Source of the DNA: Hemiscyllium ocellatum
Lineage: Eukaryota
Direction: 5' to 3'
NCBI RefSeq assembly: GCF_020745735.1
Contig: NC_083427.1
Coordinates: 2,139,438 to 2,203,437, forward strand
Length of the DNA: 64,000 bases
The notes under the pieces were generated by a model. That model did no database searches and had not been told where the DNA came from. It saw only the letters and a program-made list of their open reading frames with translations. Numbering within the stretch: position 1 is the first letter of the stretch; every line of letters begins with the position of its first letter. A program made the position numbers and the translations under genes. Positions 38,441 to 51,904 of the stretch are shown here, piece after piece.

Positions 38441-40989
38441 GTTTCCATGCTGTATATTATTTTAACACTATGACTCCAAATATGATGGAAGTTTTATTTC
38501 TTTTATCATTGAAGGGTTGTTGCCTAATTCAACGAATACATTTAGAGCATTTTTACAGCTTTGTATTTCTGTCAACGATTAATCTTGTAAACTTCAAACT
38601 GAATTGTCATACCCATGACGCCACACGCAAATAAATACATATAGGTGTTAAATGCAATCAAAGAAATGGAATCCCTTTATCTAGGGAGGTTTGAAGAGCT
38701 GTCAATTGATTTTATATTTGACTTCGCTCTTGGGGTGTGTGTGAGACATTGTTATGGTCAAAACGTATGCAGAATTAATTACCTTTGAGAAGCTGAAAAT
38801 GAATTCATTATTTGAACGTTTGAAATGTATGTCTTGTTGCTGCACATGCAACTGTTTCTGGACGGAATTTTCAAGTTATTGATTCACTGACAATTGAGGT
38901 CTGGTGAATAGTACTCTGTAATAGTGACTTGTATGCGATCTTCCCTCTGCTCATGTTCCCTTGCGTATTATTTCCTTGTAGCTCCAGACTACACAGTTCA
39001 TTGGTTTGGAATGAATGAGTTAAATCATCTTAAAATGGAGAGCCACAGAAAAGCACTGAGTGAATGTAGCAGAATGTCATGCACAGCAAACTCCAATCTA
39101 CAGATTCAAGTAATGCATTCCAAACCTAATATCTAGCACTTGAGTGAATTCTGCAAAAAAAAAATGCAAGGGTTCGAAAGGAACACCTGAGTGTATGAAT
39201 CATTCTATCAACAATTTGGGATTATCGTTTTCCACAGATTTATCTGGCATTGTCATTTTAACAGAAAGCCAAAAACTGCGGATTCTGCAAATCTGGAAGT
39301 CGGAGAACCTCAGAACAGTCGCTGTGTATAAAAAGTCTACTTGTTATAGAGAGTACAGTGATTCATATTCAGTAATCAGCTTTAGGGTAAAAAAAAGAGC
39401 TCAGAGAAGAAAACTTCTGTGATGGCTAAGTGATTCCCCTGACTGCCCAAAGGTCAAAGAATGAGATACAGTGATGGTTCCACAGGTTTTGTTATTGTCC
39501 CAATATGAAATTAAGGAAATTGCTGTTGAAACAAGTCTCAAAAAATTTAAAACGTTCGTGCAATAATGTAATTTGAAAACTTTGAGAGGTACAATCTTGA
39601 AATGATCAGAAGAATTACGTATGAAAACATAACTTGGCATTATTTACTTCACATTTTTCCTCGATGCTGAAACATAATGTAAAAACTGACATCAGCAAAC
39701 AAAATGAAACTTCGGTGTGTTATGTCCACTAATTTCAGTGCAGCTTATTTTTAAAATCTACAGTACAGGAAACTGATTAAAACTTGTCCTACGTGGCAGC
39801 AGTTACTTCGTTATCTCCTCTAAAAGAAAGCGAAATTTACTTCTTCCAAAATCTGGAATCGTTTCAGAGAAAACGTCATTCAGTGCTATAGTTATGTAAG
39901 CAATTTCCTGTTAAAATGTATTTTGTGCTCACGTTATCTAAAAAGGGAATCATAAACACGCTGAGCAGTTGTCTAGCTCAAATTCAATCGCGTGAGTTTG
40001 AACAAACAATAATGCAAAGTTACGATAAAGTATTCCGAAATTAATTCAAAGAAGCCAATAAACAAGAGGTTAAATGCAATGATCATATTATGGATGTGAG
40101 AATCAGATTGATTCAATGACGTGCTTTTTACTATTCAGATGAACGTGGAAAACGGCCAAGAAATTCCCAAAGTATAATACTTTTTCTAGTTTCGAGTGCT
40201 TAATACATGGTTTCGAATAAAAAAAAATCAGGCGTTCTGCTTTAAGTCTTTAGCTCAGACTGTTCAGAATATTTCTGTCAGGATTCATTAAAGCAAAATA
40301 ACTCGGAATCTCGCAGAAAGTATGATATGTTGTGGCGCCAGCAGAGTGCAGTTATTATTCTGTGGTTAATTCATGCGTTCATATTTGATCTGAGGTACAG
40401 CATCTTGTGCCACCTAGTGATTAATGAGCGTATGTCAAGCAATATGGGAGTCAAGGAACCTATAATAGCTGGTCAAATTCTTTGGTCCGTTCCTCCATGA
40501 ATACAGATCATGTTTAAGTTCAATCTTGCATAAATTCAGCCAATTTGGCAGGATATGGTATAACGCTATCTTGCAAATATCTCGCCAACTTTGTTTGTTA
40601 CCATTTTAGTAATCTATTCAATTTTGAGAGAGATATCTCCAGATTTTGAATAGTGTTCATTGCGAAAAAACACCTCGACTCGAGATTGCCCTAGGCATAA
40701 TTCAAAATCATGACATCAAGATGACATGGTTATGCAAAAATCTATTCTCAAGTTGGTGCCATTTGGACAGGTTGAGTTCAATAGCTCCTCCCTGGAAGGG
40801 CAGTGACGAGAAATAATGCAACATTGGCGAAATTCTCCACAGCAAAATATTACTTTCTCTGTAGATCAGTCCATTTTACTCATTGTTCTTCTCGCCTGCC
40901 ATTCATCATACAGTCCCGACCGTGTGGAAGCTGAGCATTCGACCAATGGAGCCCACAACCGACTGTCTGAAAGTAACCCCGCCTAAACA

Positions 40990-41180
40990 CACTCTGATAT
41001 CCCCGCAAGCCTGCATTTCTCATGGCTAAACCATATATACTTTATTTGACTGTGAGAGGTACCAAAGATTAAAAGTGAAGAGCGCAAACTCCACACAGAC
41101 AATCGCCCCAAGGTTGAAATCGAATGCTTGTCTTCAGTGCTCTTCGGCAGGAGTGCCATCCTCTGAGCCACCATTGAAGT
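40990..41180 (-). mobile_element. HE1-type SINE
   Basis: Antisense core gcaaactccacacagacaatcgcccaaggttgaaatcgaa...gtgccatcctctgagccacc. Confidence 0.7.
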
Positions 41181-41468
41181 GACACTTAATAACAGAGAAA
41201 CAAAATAGCCTTTGTACTTTTGCACCTCTACTAAATCTGTGGTCGTTTTTTTATCAATGATCTCAATCTGTCTCTCTTTCCTTATCTCGCTGAATGCTGC
41301 ACAACACGTTGTGCCTCGGAACTGGTTCACACATTTCTTAATTACAGCAATATTAGTACAAGACAATATTCGAGTAAAAAATGAGGTCTGCAGATGCTGG
41401 AGATCACAGCTGCAAATGTGTTGCTGGTCAAAGCACAGCAGGCCAGGCAGCATCTCAGGAATAGAGAA

Positions 41469-41502
41469 TTCGACGTTTCGAGCATAAGCCCTTCATCAGG
41501 AA
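41469..41502 (-). ncRNA. Minimal hammerhead ribozyme motif (left arm)
   Basis: The reverse complement reads TTC-CTGATGA-A-GGGC TTAT GCTC-GAAAC-GTC-GAA. Confidence 0.75.
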
Positions 41503-41973
41503 CAAGAGAGAGAGAGAGCCAAGCAGGCTAAGATAAAAGGTAGGGAGGAGGGACTAGGGGGAGGGGCGATGGAGGTGGGATAGGTGGAAGGAGGTCAAGG
41601 TGAGGGTGATAGGCCGGAGTGGGGTGGGGGCGGAGAGGTCAGGAAGAGGATTGCAGGTTAGGAGGGCGGTGCTGAGTTGAGGGAACCGACTGAGACAAGG
41701 TGGGGGGAGGGGAAATGAGGAAGCTGGAGAAATCTGAATTCAGATTTCTCCAGTTTCCTCATTTCCCCTCCCCCCACCTTGTCTCAGTCGGTTCCCTCAA
41801 CTCAGCACCGCCCTCCTAACCTGCAATCCTCTTCCTGACCTCTCCGCCCCACCCCACTCCGGCCTATCACCCTCACCTTGACCTCCTTCCACCTATCCCA
41901 CCTCCATCGCCCCTCCCCCTAGTCCCTCCTCCTTACCTTTTATCTTAGCCTGCTTGGCTCTCTCTCTCTCTTG

Positions 41974-42007
41974 TTCCTGATGAAGGGCTTATGCTCGAAA
42001 CGTCGAA
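41974..42007 (+). ncRNA. Minimal hammerhead ribozyme motif (right arm)
   Basis: TTC-CTGATGA-A-GGGC TTAT GCTC-GAAAC-GTC-GAA. Stem I is TTC/GAA and stem II has one G-U pair. Confidence 0.75.
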
Positions 42008-43589
42008 TTCTCTATTCCTGAGATGCTGCCTGGCCTGCTGTGCTTTGACCAGCAACACATTTGCAGCCAGGACAATATTCATTATCTCAGGGCCGGGCAG
42101 GTGAGATCATCACAGATCTTTTCAGAAAAAAATGACCAATTCTGCTTGCAAATCTCACTATTTCCAATCACAAAGCCATCAAAAGTATCTGCCTCAGTCA
42201 GTAAGTCCGAATTATTCCTCATTTCGTAGCTTCAGGACCATTCACAAACTGTGTCCCTATCGCTCTCCAACAATCTACTCGTTTCTATCTTTCTTTGCAA
42301 TTCGTCTTCTTCATCATTCTTCAGATTCATAACCACAGAAAACGTTTGATCAAAAGGCTCGAGACAAGTGAATTAAGCTCAACATGACAATTATGCAATT
42401 CCTTCTGACTAGCTGATAGACCACAACTGACGTATATACGTGCACAAAGCAGTTGACATACCATGGTACTTCCTTGCTCACATAACCTCAGACAAGCGTC
42501 AATGATTTTTCAGTGATGAAACATGTAGAAAACGTTAAAGGATTTAGCAATCTTATATTTTTTCTCGAACATAGAAATATTTCTCACAACTCCGCCGTAT
42601 AAGCTATCCCCAGCCAGTATACAATCGTCAAATAACTAATGACTGCAAGTTAATTTTTTTGTTCTTGTATCCGTTTCCTGACCAGTTCTCTTTGTTAAAC
42701 ATCCAAGTAACGAGGGAGATGCATATGCAGAAACTGCGCTTGCCTTCATTGTTTCTGTAACTTTATATAAAAAGCAATAGATCGTGCCTCAAGGCAACCA
42801 GTTCAGTTTCTTTTGAATACATTAGATTCTTTCGCTCTGTGACGTTGAGGAACAATTTCTACGTCTCAAATGAAATAAGAAGGTTGATTTTTGGCTGTAA
42901 GTGCTGGCCCTAGTCGGACAGTGTACACTACAGATAGAATGTGATTGTAAAAAATCGAAATACTTCACAAATGCATGTAATTCTGGACGTTAATTTTGAA
43001 CATGTGCACATTTTACATAGCGGTGCGAAATATAAATTAATGTAGAAATAAACTGAGACCATAAGGACATCCGGGAGCAAATTGAAGACAGAAAATGCAA
43101 GATCTGACAGAAGAAATATATGACATGCAATTAGATCTTCCTTTGGAATAGTGGCATGTTGGCACTTGAAAATGATCATTCAAAATCCCTGCCTCCAAGA
43201 TAGTCTATAAAGAAGAATCACTGAAAAAATTTGCATTTATTTTCCTTTCTCTAAACTATCTGCACAACACTCTGATTACTGGGAAGGCAGGGCTAATGTA
43301 TGACGGAAGATCAGAATGATTCGGTTTATATCCACGGTTTAGGAAAATGACGAATGAATGAAGCCAAGCATTGAATATCTTAAGGAAGGAGTTCAATATT
43401 ATTCTGACGGAGAAAAGGATAAGAGGATATGGACAAAAACTGGAACAGGCAGACTGTGTTTAAAGTTGTGACAGTGTGGAATCAGGCCATTCCGTTCAGC
43501 AAGTCTATATCGACTTTCCAACCAGAACTCCACCCAAACCCACGCGCAACCCTTTCCTTGTGAGACTCCAAGTCCCAGGATTAATGCAC

Positions 43590-43800
43590 ATCACCTACGC
43601 ACGTCTGAACTTTATGAGCAATTTAGCCAGAACAATCCAGCTAAACTGTACCTCTTTCAACTGTGGGAGGAAATTGGAGCACGGGGTGGAAATCCAAACA
43701 GACATGAGAAGGTGTAATCTCAACACTGACAGAACCCGAATGCAGAATTGAAACCAAGTCCCTGGTTTTGTAAGGCAGGAGATGGATGACGACCAATGGT
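43590..43800 (-). mobile_element. HE1-type SINE
   Basis: Antisense core gactgtgggaggaaattggagcac...gaaatccaaacagacatgagaagg...aactc(c)acact. Confidence 0.7.
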
Positions 43801-43879
43801 GATATTAAATAGTGGACAAGATTGGAAAGGCCCAATAACCAACCATTTTGCTCCTATTTTCAATTTTTATCTATTCATT

Positions 43880-44600
43880 TGTCGAATATAGGTGTCACTG
43901 GCTAATCAGTATTTTTCCCATCCCTATTGCCCTTCAGAAGTCGTTGATGAGCTGTCGTCTTGAACCACTGCAGTTCGTTTGCACGAAGTTCACACACAAT
44001 CCATTAGGGTGGGAATTCCAGCACTTTGAACAAACGAGAGTGAAGGAACGGAAATATATTTCCAAGTCAGGACAACGAATGTCTGGGAAGGAAATTTGAA
44101 CGTAGTGGTGTTCCGATATCCTTAAATTTACTGTTCGAATTTTTTTTCGGTATGGAGAGTGATGTCTGAAGGTGTGTGGCGAATTCCCACTGTGGATCTT
44201 GTAAATAGTAAACACTCCTGCTCCTGCTTTATCGGCAGTAAAGTTAGTGGATGCTTCCGGATGCGGTGCAAATCAATTGGGCTGCTTTGTTTCCGTTGGT
44301 GTCATGTTTCTTGAGTGTTTTGGGGGCTGCACTCATCAAGGCAAGTGGAGTGTATTCCAAGATACTTATGACCTGCAGCTAGTAGATTCTGGGTGAACTT
44401 TGAGGAGTCAGGAAGTGAACTACTTGCCGCAGTATTTTTAGCCTTTGACCTGATCTTGTAGCATCTATGTTCCTATGCTGAATCCAGTTGAGTTTCTAGT
44501 CAATGATAACCCATACGATGTTGATGATGGCAGACATATTGACAGTAACACCATTGAATGTCAATGGGTGGTGATTAGATTGCATCTTATTGGTGCTGTT
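43880..44600 (-). mobile_element. L2/CR1-group LINE 3' fragment
   Basis: Same antisense 3'-end sequence as at 33870 (gtcactggct...atttatt...cccttcagaagtcgttgatgagctg). Confidence 0.55.
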
Positions 44601-44637
44601 CGTAGCGTGGCATTTTATTGACACGAGTTTTATTTCC

Positions 44638-44925
44638 TAGGTAAATACAATGACTGCAAATGATGGAAACCAGATTCTGCATTAGTGGTGCTGGAAAAGC
44701 ACAGTAGTTCAGGCAGTATTTGAAGAGCAGGAAAATCGACGTTTCGGGCAAAAGTCCTTCATCAGGAATGCAGGCACAGTGCCTGAAGGCCACCCTCCTC
44801 TCATTTATCTCTCCACCCTTTACGCACTCTGACTGTATTCCTGGTAAGGGCTTTTGCCCAAATCGTCGATTTTCCTGCTTCCCGGATGCTGCCTGAAATG
44901 CGATACTTTTCCAGCGCCACTAATC
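44638..44925. mobile_element. Fold-back Penelope-like insertion with one near-intact (minus, 44735-44768) and one broken hammerhead core
   Basis: The minus core is CTGATGA-AGGAC TTTT GCCC-GAAACGTC and the plus copy is CTGGTAA...CAAATCGTC. TSD CACGA(G/A)T(T/G)TTATTTCC at 44622-44637 and 44926-44941. Confidence 0.78.
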
Positions 44926-44999
44926 CACGAATGTTATTTCCCGCTTGTTAGCCCAGTATTTTTTTCAGATCTTGTTGCATTTCGAGGTGGACTGCTTCA

Positions 45000-45850
45000 G
45001 TACGTGAGGAGTCACGGATGGAGTAAACCATTTTGCAATCATCCCGAATATTCCCACTTCAGACCTTCTGATGGAATGAAGGTCATTGACGAAGTAACTG
45101 AAGATGGTTGGGCTAAGGACAGTAGCCTGATGAAATCCTGCAGAAATGCCTTCGACCTGAGATTACTGAACTGCCACAGCCACGAGCATTCCCTGATGTT
45201 CCAAGTATGCCTTCAAACAATTCGGATTTCCCCGATAGCGATTGATTCAATTTTTGCTCGGACTTATTGATGACAAACTTAATGGGATGCTGCATCGATG
45301 TCAAGGGATGTTACCTTGTCCTCACCTCTGTAATTCAGATCTTGTGTCCATGTTTCAATCAAAGCATGAATGAGATCCGGAGCTGGGTGGCCCTAGTGGG
45401 TACCAAACTGAGCAGAACTGAACAGGTGCTTGCTGAGCATGTGCTATTGTAGCATTGTTGTTGGCACCTTCCATTGCTACACTGATATCAAGAGGAGACT
45501 GATGGGACTGATTTGTCCAGCTTAGTGTGTACAGGACATACCTGGGCAATGTGCGACTATTGTTGGGTCGACACTAGTGTTGGACATGTGCTGGAACAGC
45601 TATGCTACGGATGGAGCAAGTTGTGGAGCACTAGTCTTCACTACGATTTCCTGAATGTTTTCGCGGCCCGTAGCATTTGCAGTATCTAGTGTCACCAATC
45701 GCTTCTTGATATCCCGTGGAGTGAATCGAATTGTCTGACAATGGTATCTGCAATGCTGGGGAACACTGGAATAGGCAAATATGGATCATGCACACAGCAC
45801 TCCTCGCTAAAGATGTTACAAACGCCTAAGCCTCATCTTTTGCTCGAATG
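45000..45850 (-). mobile_element. L2/CR1-group LINE RT fragment
   Basis: Antisense of ...attgcccaggtatgtcctgtacac...cccatcagtctcctcttgatatcagtgtagcaatggaaggtgcc (AQVCPVH...PISLL.I....MEG). Confidence 0.65.
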
Positions 45851-46879
45851 TGCGAAACGTTTCTAGCAAAAGAATTATTCGCTCATCAAAGGAAATGAGC
45901 ACTTACATGTTGTAAGCAATGTCAGCACCAGGTTCACAAGTGAATGACATTGAAAGCCCACTATATTTACCAGGAAAATAGGTTTAATCACTTAACTTAA
46001 TGGGACTCAATGAAACATCCTTATCATTTCCATTGAACGTAAAGGACAGTTAAATGATGAAACCGTAAAGTGGGATGATTTTGATTCTGTAAAATTGCCC
46101 CGAGAGATATTCTACCCTGAAATAATTTTCCTCTATTCCATAGGCAGAGAATTCTAACCAACAATTTCTCGGAGATTTTTATCATAGTCGTGTAAAAACG
46201 ACAGCTCAAAGTGTATGAAGATGCTGCATGTAATTTATCTGTTCATTAATGCATGAAATTATGCCTCAATTAGCCAAACGTTTGAAATTGGAATCAGTGT
46301 TCAACCACGATAAGACTACAGCAGAACGAGGGGCAATCTTCCATCCATTCGATGCAGAATTGTGCATAAAGAATGAGATACAGCATGGCTCATAACCTTA
46401 GGTGCTTCTCAAGGTTGCGTGAATATGTGGGGTTCTCCTGTATTTATATGTGGCAAGGATGAGAGAGGAGAATCAGATTTTCATTGTGCAATGTTGACTG
46501 AGAAAGCAGCGTCATTGAGCTGTCACAGCGCATTAAAAACGAAGGTCAGCATTGAGTTTAATTTAGTTTTGAAACAGGATTGTGACGACAGACCGTTTGA
46601 GTTAATTTAACCAAGATACTGGACCAAGTACTGACGAATGAGCAATGTAGTTCGCAGTCATTTTTACAGCCTATGGAGAGTTAGGGAATTTATTAAAACT
46701 ACTTCGGGATTGTTGCAATACATAACGGGTGATTAGGCAGTACAGTTATTTGCAGAGGCATTAAGGCTAAAGTAGAGGAAGTTGAGCTCTGGTCTTATTG
46801 TTCAGGACTGAAGAAGAGCAGGGAAATGCCACAGGCTTAATTATCATCATCTGGTTCATTTACACCAACCTTGCATCAC

Positions 46880-48400
46880 CAAGTGAGAACGCGCAATGTT
46901 TGCTTATTATTCTACAAATTTAAGCCCTACCTTGGACTGCTCTGATTCCGAAAAGTCCATAGACAAACAGAGAAAATCCTTGACAGCATTGGGGCTTTGA
47001 ACTGAAGTGCCAAGCAGCACAGGAAATAAGCACTGACTCATCATCATCAGGAAAAAAGCTCACCATTGCCTCTTCAATGCTATTAACAGTTCTCACACCT
47101 GTGCTATCCATATCTTAGTGTTTAGTATTTAGCCAAAACTGACTGCATCAATCTTTAAATATCATTGCTGCCAGAATACACCCAAAAGTTTAAATTTAAC
47201 ATTGCATAATTGAACTCCTGACTCCACAATGTTTTCGCTATAACGACACATCAGTATTCCCATATGTGATGAAAACTCTTCCAGTGGCTCAGATGAGTGC
47301 AGATTCATCAGCATGACAGAAGCTGACACCAGCCAAACAAAGCATGTCCATTTGATTGACACCTCATCAACCATCTTCAACGAGCACGACAGTCACACAC
47401 AATTCCAAAAGTGTGTAATATGAACAACATTCATCTCCAAAGATTTTTGATGACATTAATTTCCGAACTGCGATACAGAAACAGCAATAATCGCAAGGGA
47501 CGCCAATGCATGTTCACTTCGCCAACGGCAAATTCTCTTCTAAGCCATACACAATACTGACACAGAACTCGACCAACTTTCGTTTCATAGTTGATATTTG
47601 CAAATCTTGGTATCGCTTCCAACAATGCCTGTCGGTATCTTCACAGGGAACGATGAAAGTTATCAAAGTACCCACCCGCCACCCCCACATGGTAAGTTAG
47701 GAATGGTGATACTTCAATTTCTAATGTCCTGGTCAGCGATACCCCCGTCTGATGATGATTACAAAGTGTTCTGATGAGAGATTTATGCAGGGTTATGGAG
47801 GAAAAGGGAAGCTTTCCATCATTTTCAGATTTATACAAGGCGAACAAATGCGCAGAATTTCTTTTGCAAAAGAAAGTGGTGCATGGTTAAAGACTGAGAT
47901 TCTGGAAATAATGTGAATTATAATCTGATGAAGGGGAATAGCAGTTAATTTGATTTCTGTTAATACAAGTCTCCGCAGAGGGAGCAATGAAGAGGGATTA
48001 GTTGCAAACTGTTAGAGGTTTAATGGGTGAACAGAGATTATTTCAATAGTAAACTATCATATTATTGATACGCTTTGTTTTGGTACATGGCGACCATATT
48101 GCATCTTGTATCAGTCACTTTCATATTTTTCTATGAATCATGTGTAACCATGGCCACTGTTCACCACAGTCATCAGTGTCAGGCAGCGTTCCCACACAGG
48201 CTCGCTAGCTTGCTGAAAACTGTCAGTGTCAAAAAGGAAGTCATTCATCATTGTCTTCAATTCTTGACATTTAACGGAGAAAACCAATGCTGCACATTTG
48301 GGTCGATCTAAGCTTAACAACAGATTGTTGCAACGTTTGTGTGGAATATTCATTCCTATCAAGTCGACCATCTGAGATATGTTTAAATGTGGTGTCCTAA
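46880..48400. mobile_element. Degenerate Penelope-like RT/endonuclease fragments in mixed orientation
   Basis: Weak peptide resemblance only (e.g. minus LDRPKCAALV...MNDFLFDTDSFQ). Confidence 0.35.
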
Positions 48401-51019
48401 ATTTTGTCTTTTCCTTTAGTAATTCATTCTGTCATGTTTACTGAGCCTTGTTCGAGGTCTAAACTGGGGAGAATTGATGTATGTTAGCTGCGCCAGAAAC
48501 CACGTTTGTCACTTGATATGTCTGCTTCACAATATGCTACTCATTATCACGTAAACTATTATTTATAAAAAATGGAATATATCAACTAAACCGCTCGACA
48601 TGTTTGGACACGTCTTTAGGGCAGTTGAGACCTGATCCTACAACGTCAGTACCATGCCTCAGACAATATTACAGCCACGAATCATTCATTAAGCGTTATG
48701 TCATTGGAGTCTTCTCAAATAATTCGAATCAGTTTCCAGCCAGTGCATCGAAATGACTTATTCTTTTCTTTCTTATAAGTAACAATGGTTGTTTCTCATT
48801 AACATGTGATTATTTAATTTCGAATCTTCAAATGAGCGTAACACTAGTAATGCTGAGAATATTTTTATGCTTCTATGATCAGAGAAAACAGAACACACCT
48901 GAACACATGGAAACACTTGCGTGGAGCGAGATCCTCAAGGAGATATATCATTTATCATCATCTGTCTCTCTTTCATTGACTGTCTGAAATCCCAGTGGAA
49001 GATCATTCAGTGTTTAAATATATATTGATCGTTTCCAAACTCAGTTTCAAATCAATTTGATCATTGCACAAGATCACGTAGAAGAAGTCAGGTTAACATG
49101 ACGTGGCACGGAACAAAACATTTGAAGAGCAGGTCGATTTACATCTGAAGCCAAAACTGCAATTGAAATTCTTACTGGTCTTTCTACACGTTATTCTATG
49201 TAATCGACTGATCGGAATACGCGTTGACTTGATATCACTCAAATAGATACAAGTTGTCTTGAAGTCTCCATCTGCTATTAGCAGTGGTGAGCGGAGAGAC
49301 AATTGGAAAAGGATAACATCCTTTGACCACAACATATTTACTGATTTAATTGCTCACTTTGCTAGCTTTCAAGTTACACTTATGTTTGCTTATGAAAAGC
49401 AAAGAACGTTTGAAATATCCTATAAAAGTTTACTTGTGACATTTTCAGCGTTCCAGTATGTCACCTCTTCAGGGTGTATATACATTGGAATACAAAATCA
49501 CGTTATGTAAGTTGTGAGCATCACAGATTCAATTATAAAGACATGCCACAGTCTGATGAATCGGCATTTCACCATACCCTGTAATATGCCAAACAGAATT
49601 TGAACAAGACACTCAATCCCTAAAAATTGGGTCTTTGAACATTCCAAACAAACATTTAACGTCATTAGTATTTTGATTCCATCTACTTTTACAGCATTCT
49701 TTGCTCAACATTCAGATTCACAACTTCGGACGATGAACATTGTCATTAATTTCGAAGCTTATTTTTCCTCAGGATGTTGTTAATTCTTTCAGAGTGATTG
49801 ACGTCATGTGAACTTTTTATTGCCCATTTTCATTCACTGTGGAACAACATTATGTCTCATTTGTGCAATAACTCCAACAAGTCTATTTTTTGTCTCATTG
49901 TGCAATGTGATCTTCTGTCACCCTTGTCTCGAAACCTTTCCTCAAGCTTCCATTTTGTTTATGTCGTTTTCATTGTTTGGCACTTTGCAGACTCCAAGAC
50001 TCAATACTGGATTCCATAGCCTCAGAGCCTTCCGTATGATTTGTGTTATTCATTTTCCTCATATTCTACCCATGCCCTCCCACTCAGAATTTGGCTTATC
50101 TGTCTTTTGCTTACTTTTCTCTCAATAGACATGACTCGTTTTTGTCCCTTCACACCTCAATGAACGCCCATTATTCATCCCTATTTCTCTTTCAACATCA
50201 GTAACAAATGTTTTTTTTTGTACCAGGCCTCGTCATTACCTGTTCTCTTCACACCTTCTCTACTTCTTTCTGAAACTTTAAATAAAAACACATTTCTATA
50301 CCGGTGAGTTGTGAAGAACAGTCACACTTGACTTGAAACATTAACTTTGTTTCTTTCTCCACAGGTACTGCCAGATATGCTGAGTTTAATCCAAAAATTG
50401 CTGCAGTGATTTCATAACGCTTCTTTGTCAGTCTACTCATCTTTCCAATACACTGAACAACCGATGGTAAGTGTGGGGGAATTTCCTCATCTGGCATTCT
50501 GAAGTCCCAGTGACGAACGCACGCACCACGCATTGTACCAGCCTGGATCAATCGATGCAAGGATTCACTTGGTTGGTGGGAAATGGTGAATCTTCTCTGC
50601 CATGCCATTGAAGCGACACACATTGACAGTATCAGGAAGTATCCCAGTGCACATTGAGGTATTGCAGTATTGAATCATTTTGCACAGAGTGAATTCAAAT
50701 GCTCAACGACAGTCAGTTGAACAAAAGGCCCTCTTTTATTTCAGTTTGTTTTTCGAAATATGATGAATGATAAACATTTATTTCGATTATATTCAAACAA
50801 ATGCCTAAAATAACATAATACCAGGAAGCAACAAAAACAAAACCAACATTGTGTGCAAATTGGCATCAGTTTGCAGATTAATTTGTGGGCATGGTGAATG
50901 ATACAAATCCTCAGCAGACTATGAAAGTCTGGGTGTGATTGCCTGTATAAATATAGCTGCCTATATTCTGTGAATGTGAAAATAATTGTGGGGATATTGA
51001 GCTCAACATTCCTGAGCAA

Positions 51020-51330
51020 AACTTGGCACGGACACGTTGAGATTTTTTGACAAGATTTGCAGCTCCGCTTGTGGAGCAGGTTGTAGGTTTGCTCGTTGTG
51101 CTAATGGTTTTGCTTTCAAACGTTTCAGTGCCATGCTGGGTAGAATCATCAGTGAGCCTCCAGTGAAGTATTGCTATTCTGTGTCGCTTGCTTCTGAAGT
51201 GTCTTGGTTTGTTGCGGTGGGTGGCATCATGTTCGGTGCGACTTCCGAGAGGTTGATAAATGGGCTCTAAATCTCTATGTTTGTTATCAGAGTTCTGTTT
51301 TCACATCCAGGGATACCGTAATTACCACGT
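51020..51330 (-). mobile_element. Penelope-like 3' terminal repeat, same family as 24030-24150
   Basis: The reverse complement cttcactggaggctcactgatgattctacccagcatggcactgaaacgtttg...cgagcaaacctaca aligns with 24024-24110. Confidence 0.7.
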
Positions 51331-51904
51331 GTGTTTGTTTGACATGACAAAGCATGGATGAATAGTTCAAGTCGAAATGGATAGACAGACATGCAGGCAG
51401 ATAGACAGGCAGTCAGAGGACGTGACCTTTTCTTCCTGTGAAAGGTTATAAACTAAAGGTTCAACAGCTATTTGGTTTGTACTACTGACTAGTCGAAAAC
51501 ATTGGAACCTGAGCTGGCAACATCCCAAAGTGCAGAAAACAAAATGGATTGAAAAGCCTCACTGGCAGGACATTCATCATCTTGAAGAGTTTCGAGTGCC
51601 AGATGGTGTCTATATTTTGGATGTTAGAATTCTCGCTCAAAACATATAGAAAATGATGAACAAATGATTGAAAAATAGCATGCTGATGGACAAAATAAAT
51701 AAGTGCTTTGAAAGCATCTTCTTTGCAGTTCATGCAGAAATGTGGAAAATAGTCAGCGATGGCCGGGTTATGGAAATATTAACTTGCTGATTTGCATATT
51801 GATACGTTTGAACGAAAGTAAGTGTACAGAGATCGACGGAGAAGTCAGAAATCAGTTTACAGAGTTATTGTTATTCATAGTTGATTTTTGTACGATGGGA
51901 TGAG

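Larger units (their letters stand above)
41372..42070. mobile_element. ~700 bp fold-back Penelope-like insertion containing a ~660 bp spacer-less palindrome
   Basis: Arms 41409-41738 / 41739-42067 differ by only 2 substitutions and a 1-nt indel, with centre GAA|TTC. A perfect 10 bp TSD GACAATATTC lies at 41362-41371 and 42071-42080. Confidence 0.9.

Noticed and set aside
6866-51797. Octamer motifs ATGCAAAT/ATTTGCAT (6866, 13104, 19947, 37849, 43229, 51790)
   Set aside because: About four are expected by chance in 64 kb of this composition, and none precedes a leader or V exon.
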